Virus record (IMG/VR): IMGVR_UViG_3300025099_000002 | Location: 1 to 60,448 of that record | Strand: one strand, 5' to 3' | Source of the DNA: a virus | Taxonomy: Duplodnaviria > Caudoviricetes | DNA: 60,448 nucleotides | In this document: positions 18,478 through 26,393 of the stretch, piece after piece | How positions within the stretch are numbered: the stretch's first letter is position 1 | Layout: the number at the start of each line of letters is the position of its first letter | Made by a program: the position numbers and the translations under genes | Notes under the pieces: generated by a model | Database searches by the model: none | Seen by the model: only the letters and a program-made list of their open reading frames with translations | What the model was told of the DNA's origin: nothing

Positions 18478-20055
18478 TTAATATCCAAATGTTGTATCTG
18501 ACGCTTGAAAGCCAGAGCGTTGTGTAGCAGGATTAAAATCCCATAATGAACTTCTTGGTCTTGTCATAACACCATATCGTAAGGCATCGTATAAGTGGTC
18601 TTCTGCGTGTGTATCTACATCTTCAGGATTACGTTTGTCTAAAGGTAAACTAGGTACTTGCGCTATTGTATTAGTACAACTAGAAAAAAACACTAACCTT
18701 GGTTCTTCTGTAAACTCGTCTACCTGTAGCCTTCTATGTATTTCGTTTTTACCTGATACACGAGAGCCTTTACTTCTGTCGGATGGTCGCCATCTGCAAC
18801 CCTTCATGTTCATCTGTTCAGCTAAACTAGGTCCTGTGTCGCCTCTGTTGTGCCACAGTGAAGAGTCTAACACACCATATCTAATTGTACCATCTTCTTG
18901 TTCTACGTCAAGTATCATGTCAGCTAAATCTGTAGCTGTAACTTTAGTAACATACATTTCTCTGTATACTACTAACTGTTCTGCTGGAGTTACAGCTATC
19001 CATACTACACCAGTCCAGCTACCGTATCCGTAGTCACACGCTCTAAATCTAGTCCAACTCTTAGGTATAGTGTACGGATCTACTACGTGTATGTTACGGT
19101 TAAACTCAGGGAATGCTGCACCTTCGTTTACATCCCAGTTACCTTCTAGTAGTTGCTTACGTTGATGTTCAGGTAGAGATAGAAGCATCGCTTCGTAGTC
19201 ACCACCCTCTGACAAGTAAGGATTATCAAACAAACTAGCAGGTATAAACCTACGTTTAAATAAAGGCTGTCCTTCGCGGCTGTGACCTTTAGGGTATATT
19301 AATGTATCGCCTGACTCTATGTTTGTAGCCCAGAAAGGATCTTTAGCTGGACTAGGGTCGATAAACATCTTCTTAACCCACTGATGTCCTGCACCTCCTG
19401 GGTTGGTAGTTGCTCTCATATACAAACCTAACTCGTCAGAGTGTGCGCTCCTGAGTCTTGATCTCATATAATTCCAAGCGTAAGGAGTACTCCATTGTGT
19501 AAGTTCGTCAAAACCAATCCAATTGAAAGCCTGACCTTGATAACGCATGACATCCATGTCTTTATCGAGGTAAGACATCCAGAGTCTACCACCTCTAGGG
19601 GAAATCCATTGGCTTTTTCGTTCAGACCACTTAATTCCTGGTATTGCTTTAGGATATAGCTCTTGGCTTTTCTGTATAAGCTCACGTAGTTCCTCTGTCG
19701 TGTGTCGGACTAATAAACCACTAAAATTAGGGTTATTTAAGCCGTGTAAGGGGTCAGCAAGCATCGCAAAACTTTTTCCACCACCTGCTGCGCCCCCAAA
19801 TAGTACTTCTCGCTCTGAAGAAGATAAGAAATCTGTTTGTGGTCCTGCGTTAGGAGAAAACACTACGTTTTGTAGCTCTTCTACAGGTATTTCTGATGGT
19901 ATAGGCGTAGCTGCTACTGTTTTAGGCTGTTTCTTCTCTGTAGGAGTAGCTGCCGATACCTTTTTCTTCGAGTTTTTGGATTTCTTCAAGCGTTTCTTTG
20001 AGCCTTCTGGCAAGTTCGCGTTTAATTTTAGCTGATCTCTTACGTTTTTGCTCAA
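18478..20055 (-). CDS. terL: Terminase large subunit (start codon uncertain)
   Basis: Walker A GGAAGGGKS, Walker B IGFDE, coupling motif ATTNPGG, RNase-H-like nuclease with DYG...DHLYDALRY. Confidence 0.93.
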   Translation of the reverse strand: MSKNVRDQLKLNANLPEGSKKRLKKSKNSKKKVSAATPTEKKQPKTVAATPIPSEIPVEELQNVVFSPNAGPQTDFLSSSEREVLFGGAAGGGKSFAMLADPLHGLNNPNFSGLLVRHTTEELRELIQKSQELYPKAIPGIKWSERKSQWISPRGGRLWMSYLDKDMDVMRYQGQAFNWIGFDELTQWSTPYAWNYMRSRLRSAHSDELGLYMRATTNPGGAGHQWVKKMFIDPSPAKDPFWATNIESGDTLIYPKGHSREGQPLFKRRFIPASLFDNPYLSEGGDYEAMLLSLPEHQRKQLLEGNWDVNEGAAFPEFNRNIHVVDPYTIPKSWTRFRACDYGYGSWTGVVWIAVTPAEQLVVYREMYVTKVTATDLADMILDVEQEDGTIRYGVLDSSLWHNRGDTGPSLAEQMNMKGCRWRPSDRSKGSRVSGKNEIHRRLQVDEFTEEPRLVFFSSCTNTIAQVPSLPLDKRNPEDVDTHAEDHLYDALRYGVMTRPRSSLWDFNPATQRSGFQASDTTFGY

Positions 20056-20341
20056 CTTTTATTCGCTTTCTTAAACCTTCACCAGAAATATAACGATTAG
20101 TTTGTTTAGTTAACCAAATAGCTACATCTTTGTAAGCATACTGCTTTAAATGTCGTTTAGCAAGTTCTAATGCTTCTAGTTCTATAAATACAGGTTGTAA
20201 AAGTTTATCGTTAGCTTCATCTATTGTGTAACCGAAAGGTATGGTACGACTTACACGCGCTATAGTGTGCCATTCTTTCTCTTTACCTTTATTAGGTTTA
20301 GGTAATTCCCAGTACCCTAACCCTGTATATCTTGTACGCAT
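19922..20341 (-). CDS. Packaging-module DNA-binding protein
   Basis: IPFGY motif, HTH-like helix and basic coiled coil; overlaps the terL frame. Confidence 0.5.
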   Translation of the reverse strand: MRTRYTGLGYWELPKPNKGKEKEWHTIARVSRTIPFGYTIDEANDKLLQPVFIELEALELAKRHLKQYAYKDVAIWLTKQTNRYISGEGLRKRIKVEQKRKRSAKIKRELARRLKETLEEIQKLEEKGIGSYSYREETA

Positions 20342-20356
20342 AGTATAGTACTGTAT

Positions 20357-20602
20357 TTATCTTCTTTTAGCTGTTTTTGTTCTAGGAAAAGACCTATTTG
20401 ATGCTTTAGTAGACATCTTAAGGTTCTTACGGCTATTGTTTAGTGGGTTATTGTTTTTATGAGCTACATCTCTGCCGTCATTCTTCTTAGCTACACCACC
20501 AGCTACCATTTTAGCTCTTGCAGTGTTGCGAGATGCACGTTTCTTTATCTGTGCAGGTTTACCTTGGTAGTTTTTGTATTCACTCTTATAGTTTCTATTC
20601 AT
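20357..20602 (-). CDS. HNH-type endonuclease-like protein associated with terminase (start revised to 20602)
   Basis: RNYKSEY...DGRDVAHKNNNPLNNSRKNL...NRS. Confidence 0.6.
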   Translation of the reverse strand: MNRNYKSEYKNYQGKPAQIKKRASRNTARAKMVAGGVAKKNDGRDVAHKNNNPLNNSRKNLKMSTKASNRSFPRTKTAKRR

Positions 20603-20963
20603 TATTACCCTCTTTAGGTGGTAAATAAAATACACTACTAGATGCTTGTATGTCTACTTTATCAGTCTTAATCAAACCAGCCCTATCTAACACATCTTTA
20701 GCTGCAACCATCTTCTCTTTTATACCTAGCTCTGTAGGGTCGTTCACAGCGTTACCTAGCGCAAAAGCTGCACGAGGCGCAGTTCTAGCAAAATATGAGC
20801 GTGTAGCGTCTAGTATCTCTTCTTTGAGCGACTCAACTATAATACGTGTAGGTGTATTATCGCTGTAGCCTGATAGCTTCTTAGCTAGGACTACATCACC
20901 TGCTGCTTGATCGAACAGTACCTCTAAGAAGTTCTGTTGGTTTTCCGTTAATTGTCTAGCCAT
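20595..20963 (-). CDS. Terminase small subunit (probable)
   Basis: LTENQQNFL...AKKLSGYS HTH-like N-terminus and AAKDVLDRAG motif; upstream of terL. Confidence 0.65.
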   Translation of the reverse strand: MARQLTENQQNFLEVLFDQAAGDVVLAKKLSGYSDNTPTRIIVESLKEEILDATRSYFARTAPRAAFALGNAVNDPTELGIKEKMVAAKDVLDRAGLIKTDKVDIQASSSVFYLPPKEGNNE

Positions 20964-20965
20964 AA

Positions 20966-21232
20966 CTACGCTGTTACCTTTTTTCTTCTTCTACCTGATG
21001 CTGTCACTGACCAGTTTACTCTTTTAGATGACGTTTTTTTAGCTGCTTCTTTTTTAGTTATTCGTGAAGCTACGTTAGCAGGTCTACAAGCAGGGTATGG
21101 TCTGCCTTTATCTTTTTTACCACTACGACCACAGGGTTTACCTGTTTTTACGTCACGCCAATCTTCTTTAAACCATTTGCGTAAACCACCCTTATAAGAA
21201 CTAGTTTTTGGTTTTGTTTTTCTAGGGGCCAT
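20966..21232 (-). CDS. Small basic protein
   Basis: K/R-rich; GLRKWFKEDW.D...KPCGR...YPACRP. Confidence 0.6.
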   Translation of the reverse strand: MAPRKTKPKTSSYKGGLRKWFKEDWRDVKTGKPCGRSGKKDKGRPYPACRPANVASRITKKEAAKKTSSKRVNWSVTASGRRRKKVTA

Positions 21233-21396
21233 TACGCATACCCACCACCACGTTTTTTATATGTTCTAACTAACCAAGCATTAGCGTAAGCAGAAGGATA
21301 GACTTTAAATTTACTTTTAGCTTCTGATTTTACTGCATTGTATAGTTTTTTATTACTAGGGGTAGGTGAACTTGTTTTTTTAGATTTTGCTGCCAT
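21232..21396 (-). CDS. Small basic protein, 54 aa (not in ORF track)
   Basis: MAAKSKKTSSPTPSNKKLYNAVKSEAKSKFKVYPSAYANAWLVRTYKKRGGGYA; its stop overlaps the next ATG. Confidence 0.7.
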   Translation of the reverse strand: MAAKSKKTSSPTPSNKKLYNAVKSEAKSKFKVYPSAYANAWLVRTYKKRGGGYA

Positions 21397-21398
21397 AG

Positions 21399-21575
21399 TT
21401 ATGATTTCTTTTTTCTAAGTTTTTTTTGTACTGTTTTAGATAACTCACTAAGGTGGTATAACTTTTTACTATTCTTATTGTGTGTTTTACCTGTATGCAA
21501 TACACCGTTAGACATTTTATGCATACCACCTGTATGAACTGTACCGTCACGAAGATAATGTTTTACGCCTTTCAT
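21399..21575 (-). CDS. Small basic His-rich protein (start revised to 21575)
   Basis: MKGVKHYLRDGTVHTGGMHKM...LHTGKTH. Confidence 0.6.
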   Translation of the reverse strand: MKGVKHYLRDGTVHTGGMHKMSNGVLHTGKTHNKNSKKLYHLSELSKTVQKKLRKKKS

Positions 21576-21576
21576 G

Positions 21577-21657
21577 TCAGCTACCACACTGACATTTATC
21601 GCAACAACTACAAGGCATATTAAGTAAGGATCTTATTAATCGTTTAATGTAAGCCAT
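21577..21657 (-). CDS. 26-aa Cys-rich micropeptide (not in ORF track)
   Basis: MAYIKRLIRSLLNMPCSCCDKCQCGS; fills the gap between its neighbours with 1-nt spacing on each side. Confidence 0.55.
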   Translation of the reverse strand: MAYIKRLIRSLLNMPCSCCDKCQCGS

Positions 21658-21658
21658 G

Positions 21659-21823
21659 TTACTCTGCCCCACCTTTTTCTTTTAGCACTAAGCCAAATAT
21701 ACCACAGATAATACCTGCCCAAGTAAATACAGGGTTACTAAATAATATACCTAAACCAACACCAGCTACAGCAACTGCTAGGTAGCTTGAAGGTTCTTTT
21801 AGTCTTCCTTTAATCCAATCCAT
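21659..21823 (-). CDS. Two-TM small membrane protein, holin candidate (54 aa, not in ORF track)
   Basis: MDWIKGRLKEPSSYLAVAVAGVGLGILFSNPVFTWAGIICGIFGLVLKEKGGAE; AGGAG RBS. Confidence 0.6.
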   Translation of the reverse strand: MDWIKGRLKEPSSYLAVAVAGVGLGILFSNPVFTWAGIICGIFGLVLKEKGGAE

Positions 21824-21828
21824 AGTTG

Positions 21829-21972
21829 TTATTCTCCTATTGTTAATCTTTTAATGTCACCACGACAGATACCTAAATCGTTTAGTTCTCTTTCTGTCAT
21901 ATTCATTAGCTGCCAGTATGCTGTTTTGTTTTCTGTGTATGTTTTATATATGTTAATTAATCGTCTGATCAT
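21829..21972 (-). CDS. DUF1127/YjiS-like small protein (47 aa, not in ORF track)
   Basis: MIRRLINIYKTYTENKTAYWQLMNMTERELNDLGICRGDIKRLTIGE matches the L..(L/M)(S/T)(D/E)R.L.D(I/L)G..R.DI pattern; GAGGAG RBS. Confidence 0.75.
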   Translation of the reverse strand: MIRRLINIYKTYTENKTAYWQLMNMTERELNDLGICRGDIKRLTIGE

Positions 21973-22018
21973 TTTGTATAACTCCTCTTTAATGACTAAG
22001 GAAGTTATACCATATTTA

Positions 22019-22047
22019 GTTATATCATAAAAATGCTATTATTGCAA
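22019..22047 (-). promoter_or_regulatory. Promoter for the DUF1127-like gene, with overlapping LysR-type T-N11-A box
   Basis: TTGCAA-N17-TATAAC; TGC-N7-GCA at 22034-22046. Confidence 0.55.
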
Positions 22048-22059
22048 CCCCGATATGAT

Positions 22060-22257
22060 CTAAGCTGTTTTACCTAATGACTTTAACTTAAAACAGTGTG
22101 TTGCTACATACACTTTATTCTTACTTAGTGCCTTACCCATTTTAGTTACACTGTCTGAACACGCAGGTTTGTCTTGAAACAAACCTCCCGTTCTAACCAT
22201 TATATCGCAGGTGTCAGCTTCTAGTGTAATACAGTGAAGTATGACAGCTAACCACAT
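22060..22257 (-). CDS. Small hypothetical protein with four Cys
   Basis: 65 aa, hydrophobic N-terminus, translationally coupled to the upstream gene. Confidence 0.5.
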   Translation of the reverse strand: MWLAVILHCITLEADTCDIMVRTGGLFQDKPACSDSVTKMGKALSKNKVYVATHCFKLKSLGKTA

Positions 22258-22832
22258 TACTTTTTCTTTTTACTGTTGTAGAACATACCGCCACCACGAT
22301 AGTCCGACATACCTTTTTTAGACATACCACCACGGTTCATCATTTTAAAGTCTGAACCAGATATTTTACCATCTTTGTTTTTATCTAATTTAGATTGACC
22401 GCCTGACATATAACCCATTTTCTTTTTACCGTACATTATACCACCTTTGTTTTTACCTAGTGCTTTTCGAGTAGCCATTATTAAGTCATACTCTTTCTTA
22501 GGTATCATTTTACCATTAAACATTTTTAATTCTGTTACTTTATCTGCTTTCTTATTTTTCTTACCGAACATTGAAACTTTTTCTAGTTTATCTAGGCTAG
22601 ATCTATTTCTAGTTTTACTAAGCTTTTCGTTTTCTTTAGCTATACTCTTTTTTTGTTTTTTATCTTTATACTCTTTACGTAAACGCTCTAGCTCTTCCAT
22701 TCTACGTTTTTCTACGGACTCTCTGTCCATCTTCAATGGTTTAGCTTTATTAGTTTTCTTTTTCTTCTTAGCTTCTTTTCTAAGTTTCTCTAGTCTTTTT
22801 TGACGTTTAGCTTCTTCTTCTTCTCTACCCAT
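22257..22832 (-). CDS. Highly basic protein with EF-hand-like loop and xxGG repeats
   Basis: K-rich; DKNKDGKISGSDF; NKGG, MSGG, NRGG and RGGG. Confidence 0.55.
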   Translation of the reverse strand: MGREEEEAKRQKRLEKLRKEAKKKKKTNKAKPLKMDRESVEKRRMEELERLRKEYKDKKQKKSIAKENEKLSKTRNRSSLDKLEKVSMFGKKNKKADKVTELKMFNGKMIPKKEYDLIMATRKALGKNKGGIMYGKKKMGYMSGGQSKLDKNKDGKISGSDFKMMNRGGMSKKGMSDYRGGGMFYNSKKKK

Positions 22833-22844
22833 AGTACTTACCCT

Positions 22845-23171
22845 TTATTTAGACTTTGTTTTACTTATTGCTGTAGCACCCATGAATCCTACAACTACTC
22901 CTAACTGAGCTACTATAAAAGTATTTAAAAAACTAGCAGCGGATTCCATTTTTTCTGCACTTACAATAGGTGTAAACAATATTATAACTGCTACTATAGT
23001 TACAGACATTGCCAGCCACGCCATTATACGCTGTGTGTCCATTAGCTTATCTTCGTTCTCTAGGCGTATCCACCTTTCGTGGCGATCCATTTCTTCGTCA
23101 GTAATAATGCCGTCACCATCAGTGTCAGCCATAGCGTACTTACTGTCTACTTGTAGCTTCTTAGGTGACAC
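22845..23171 (-). CDS. Two-TM membrane protein with EF-hand-like N-terminus (holin candidate)
   Basis: DTDGDGIITDEE followed by two hydrophobic helices. Confidence 0.55.
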   Translation of the reverse strand: MSPKKLQVDSKYAMADTDGDGIITDEEMDRHERWIRLENEDKLMDTQRIMAWLAMSVTIVAVIILFTPIVSAEKMESAASFLNTFIVAQLGVVVGFMGATAISKTKSK

Positions 23172-23521
23172 TACTTAGTCTTTTTCTTTTTCTTATTAGG
23201 TTTTATCTTTTTAATTACCTTAGTAGTCCACGCTTCGTTGACTTCTGTATCTGGGTCATCTTTAATGTAGTGGCCTTTATCGTTTCTAGCTCGTACTAGT
23301 TCTGTCTCAACTGGGTCAGCAGCTACAAGGGCTTCTTCGGGTGTAGCTTCTTCCTCTACTTTATTACATATAGCTTCTATCTCTTCGTCTTTAAACCATA
23401 CCTGTCCGTAGGCATCCATACCTGCTTCGGGTTGACCGTTAAGTCCTAAGACTGTGTTGTCATCTTGTACTACAAAGCCTTTAGCTTCTAGGTTGCTCTT
23501 CTTGTCTGTGAATATACTCAT
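23171..23521 (-). CDS. Hypothetical phage protein
   Basis: 116 aa; RARNDKGHYIKDDPDT..NEAW motif and basic tail. Confidence 0.55.
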   Translation of the reverse strand: MSIFTDKKSNLEAKGFVVQDDNTVLGLNGQPEAGMDAYGQVWFKDEEIEAICNKVEEEATPEEALVAADPVETELVRARNDKGHYIKDDPDTEVNEAWTTKVIKKIKPNKKKKKTK

Positions 23522-23539
23522 CTTACTTCCTTATGTGTG

Positions 23540-23836
23540 TTAACACTTCCACCGTCTTCTAGCTTGTCTTATTCTAGAGTTAGGATCATTCCTAGTCTTA
23601 GCTGAACTTTTCTTTAGTTGACCTAAAGATCTAGCGCAGTACGACTTTCGTCTGGCTGCTAGTTTACCACCCTTTTTAACTTTACCTGTAACAGCAGTCT
23701 TTAAATTACTACCTGGGTTTTTAGCTCGATACGCTGCAACACCTTTAGCGGTCATACCTGCACCGTCTCTAGTCTTACGGTAATTAGCGTTCTTACCTGT
23801 AGTAGTTTTTGGTATAGCTTTTTTATTATCACCCAC
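23540..23836 (-). CDS. Small basic protein
   Basis: AGMTAKG...NPGSNLK...RRKSYCARS...ARRRWKC. Confidence 0.6.
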   Translation of the reverse strand: MGDNKKAIPKTTTGKNANYRKTRDGAGMTAKGVAAYRAKNPGSNLKTAVTGKVKKGGKLAARRKSYCARSLGQLKKSSAKTRNDPNSRIRQARRRWKC

Positions 23837-24224
23837 GGTATCTACCTAACGTAATAGTCTTGAGGAATCCTCTCCATATTTCTATAGGAGAAGGTAGTAC
23901 CCAACCCAGTACAAGTAACAAGATCATCCACAAGGGTATGTCTTGGTTCATAACGTTTATGCTATCTACGTTACCTTGTGGTGCTAGTTGGCTTTCAACT
24001 TTAGTGTTTGTTATGGTAGCGTTGTCGCCAGCTTTAGTTTCAGTTGACTCTGAGTTAGATACAAGGGCTTTAGTGTTGTTCTTACCTGCTTGTACATCAG
24101 CGTTAACTGTAGGACCGCTGGACTTACCGCCTCCTATCAGTTTGCTAACTACAAAGCCTGTACCTAAACATCCGCTGAGTGGCATTATGCATAACAATAA
24201 TATTACAATGTGTTTAATCCGCAT
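23829..24224 (-). CDS. Unimolecular spanin candidate
   Basis: N-terminal lipoprotein signal with lipobox LSGC, a beta/low-complexity periplasmic segment and a C-terminal TM helix (IPLWMILLLVLGWVLP). This is the T1 gp11 architecture. Confidence 0.65.
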   Translation of the reverse strand: MRIKHIVILLLCIMPLSGCLGTGFVVSKLIGGGKSSGPTVNADVQAGKNNTKALVSNSESTETKAGDNATITNTKVESQLAPQGNVDSINVMNQDIPLWMILLLVLGWVLPSPIEIWRGFLKTITLGRYRG

Positions 24225-24492
24225 ACGGTCTTATCCTATCTGGGTCTAACACATCTTTACGGTCTAAGTGACCCTCAAGATACATAGCTCTCTCTACGTG
24301 ATCTAAAGAATACAAAGTTCCTGTGTCATTATATATTGCTTGTCTTACGTAAAATACATCAGATCTAGGAATGTGTATGTTCTTTAACGCATTAGAATTG
24401 TTAGAAGCTAAAGCTCTGTAAAAGTTACCTAACACATCATCTGTGTTATTACTAGTATTACATAGTTTTACTTGCTTTAACATATAAGTCAA
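24214..24492 (-). CDS. Hypothetical protein, first gene of the late minus-strand block
   Basis: HIPRSDVFYVR...LDHVERAMYLEG. Confidence 0.55.
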   Translation of the reverse strand: MTYMLKQVKLCNTSNNTDDVLGNFYRALASNNSNALKNIHIPRSDVFYVRQAIYNDTGTLYSLDHVERAMYLEGHLDRKDVLDPDRIRPYAD

Positions 24493-24640
24493 GCCTTTAT
24501 TTTATTAATTACATATTAGGGGGGAATAGTTAATACTAACACAACAAAAAGATTACGTCAATGGTAAGTATAACTTTTTATGTTACGTACTTTTTTTATT
24601 ATTTAACTTTAAAGTATTACTTACCTACTACTACTACGTA

Positions 24641-24668
24641 GTTATACTTAAAGTTCGTGCTGTGTCAA
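24641..24668 (-). promoter_or_regulatory. Sigma70-type promoter for the late/lysis block
   Basis: TTGACA-N16-TATAAC, in the same TATTGACA...TATAACTA context as the capsid promoter. Confidence 0.65.
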
Positions 24669-25057
24669 TACCCTAAATCAAGTATATTACATATTGTAAC
24701 AAATCTTGATACTAATAGTTATACTAGTTGTAACACTTTGTAACATTTCTTGTAGTGGTTGTGCTTGTATACAACAATAAAAGGGCGTTTCAAAAATCAC
24801 TTCTGTGTATTTGTACATATATACGTAACGGGTATGGTGGGGGTGGCACTCGCAGGGGTCAATATTGTGTTTGGTTTTTGCTAGGATACACATACTATCA
24901 TATAAACTATTGATATCATTATATATTTATACGGATTAGTTATTCTTTAAGGTATAAAAAACAAGTGTTTGCTAGGCCTACAAAAAAAGAGGTGTTTTTA
25001 TTGTTTTGATGCATGACTATATATATGCAAAAAAAAGTTTTACTCATCACTAACCAG

Positions 25058-25083
25058 AAAACCATATCCCAAAACCATATCCC
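25058..25083. repeat. Tandem 13-bp repeat (AAAACCATATCCC x2) in the divergent intergenic region
   Basis: Read directly from the sequence. Confidence 0.8.
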
Positions 25084-25128
25084 CCTCTAAAAGTTTTTCT
25101 AAATGGTATACCCATATCTATAGCAGTT

Positions 25129-25144
25129 CGAGGTCGTTACCTCG
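25129..25144. repeat. Early-region palindrome copy 1, CGAGGT-CGTT-ACCTCG
   Basis: Read directly; context agttCGAGGT...ACCTCGcactaa. Confidence 0.85.
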
Positions 25145-25246
25145 CACTAAATAAATTATTTTACTTAGGGTCGCTTGACTTATGTTACTCAATTTGTAAT
25201 AAGAGTTGTACTACTAAAACTTAATCTTAATTTACGGAGAATAAAA

Positions 25247-25873
25247 ATGACACAAGTACAACTAAAGATCGCTACACCTTCAACTCTAAAGTGCGTTATG
25301 GATAGCTCAGGCGTTTTCACAATAGGTCGAGGCAAAGAGGCTGTGGCCTATCAACCAAACGAATTATTAGACTATTGCGCGGATTTAATGGATCAAGCGA
25401 AACTAAATGGTGTATCTCAAATTGAAACTTATATCACTGTGGGTAATGCTATTGAGCAATACAAATTACTATATCCAACTAATAACCAAAAATTTAAAGC
25501 TTCAGTAGATAAATCTAGGTTTGGCATGGAATATAACTCTAAGTCTAGAACGGCTCTAATGAATATCGCTACCAACGCGGATAACATTCGCAAGGCCTTC
25601 GTTAAAGATCCGTCAATTGCTTTCCAAGGCCTAGACAGCCTAGCCAAAAAAGCGCGCGGCTATACTCGACCTACTGCAACCACTAAGCCTAAGAAAACGT
25701 CTAAGTCTAAGTCTAAATCAAACGTAGCATTTAAGGCTCAAAATAAATCGGAGAACGGTTTAGATGCCATTGTCGATATGTCACTTGAACTAGTCACATT
25801 AGCTCTATCACTAGGTCAAACTGAAGCTCAGGTTGTTGCTTTAATTCAGGACAACTTTAAAGACCTATCTTAA
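25247..25873 (+). CDS. First early protein, DUF3102-like DNA-binding candidate (start revised to 25247)
   Basis: GGAG RBS before ATG 25247. VGNAIEQYK...KFK...F...RTALMNIA resembles the DUF3102 pattern; K-rich linker. Confidence 0.5.
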   Translation: MTQVQLKIATPSTLKCVMDSSGVFTIGRGKEAVAYQPNELLDYCADLMDQAKLNGVSQIETYITVGNAIEQYKLLYPTNNQKFKASVDKSRFGMEYNSKSRTALMNIATNADNIRKAFVKDPSIAFQGLDSLAKKARGYTRPTATTKPKKTSKSKSKSNVAFKAQNKSENGLDAIVDMSLELVTLALSLGQTEAQVVALIQDNFKDLS

Positions 25874-25899
25874 ACTAAACTATTACAATTTAATATTTC

Positions 25900-25927
25900 G
25901 CCTAGCGTGTTTAATTATGCGCTAGGC
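25900..25927 (+). terminator. Hairpin after the first early gene (terminator or processing site)
   Basis: GCCTAGCG...CGCTAGGC perfect 8-bp stem, extended by G-U pairs. Confidence 0.55.
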
Positions 25928-26011
25928 TTAAGCTTGTCTTATGCTATGCATACTGTAAATCATGATAGTATGTATTGCATGGGGCGCGTTAGGCGTTTCA
26001 TATTAACCGTT

Positions 26012-26027
26012 CGAGGTAGCTACCTTG
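26012..26027. repeat. Early-region palindrome copy 2, CGAGGT-AGCT-ACCTTG
   Basis: Read directly; one C>T change, which would be a G-U pair in RNA. Confidence 0.8.
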
Positions 26028-26056
26028 GACTAAACTTTAAAGTAAAGGATATATAA

Positions 26057-26293
26057 ATGGATAAAGATTTTAAATTTCAGTGTACTACAGGTGCATTAAA
26101 TACACCGCATATTACTATAGGTAATGTAAGTATCGTTAAGTTTGATAATCACTGTGAGGTAGCTATTATAACAAATAATGGTGATTTAGTGCATGGGCGT
26201 AGCGTAAAGTTTGAGACAGCTAGGCAATTAGCTAACGCTATCTTAGCTATACTTGATGGGGCTATGTATGATGAGGATGCCTACGATGCATGA
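26057..26293 (+). CDS. Early hypothetical protein
   Basis: 78 aa with AAGGA RBS. Confidence 0.6.
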   Translation: MDKDFKFQCTTGALNTPHITIGNVSIVKFDNHCEVAIITNNGDLVHGRSVKFETARQLANAILAILDGAMYDEDAYDA

Positions 26294-26393
26294 TGACATA
26301 ATGCTTATGGCACTAACAGCAATCATAGCTACGCCTATTGTAGCATTTATAGTTTATATATTGTGGGAGCAGTGGCTGTGGAGGGATAGATAA
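26286..26393 (+). CDS. 35-aa single-pass membrane micro-protein A (not in ORF track)
   Basis: MHDDIMLMALTAIIATPIVAFIVYILWEQWLWRDR; GAGGA upstream; its stop overlaps the next ATG. Confidence 0.55.
   Translation: MHDDIMLMALTAIIATPIVAFIVYILWEQWLWRDR

Noticed and set aside
24687-24893. 68-aa minus-strand ORF in the intergenic region
   Set aside because: It has no RBS, lies upstream of the late promoter and has an unconvincing composition.
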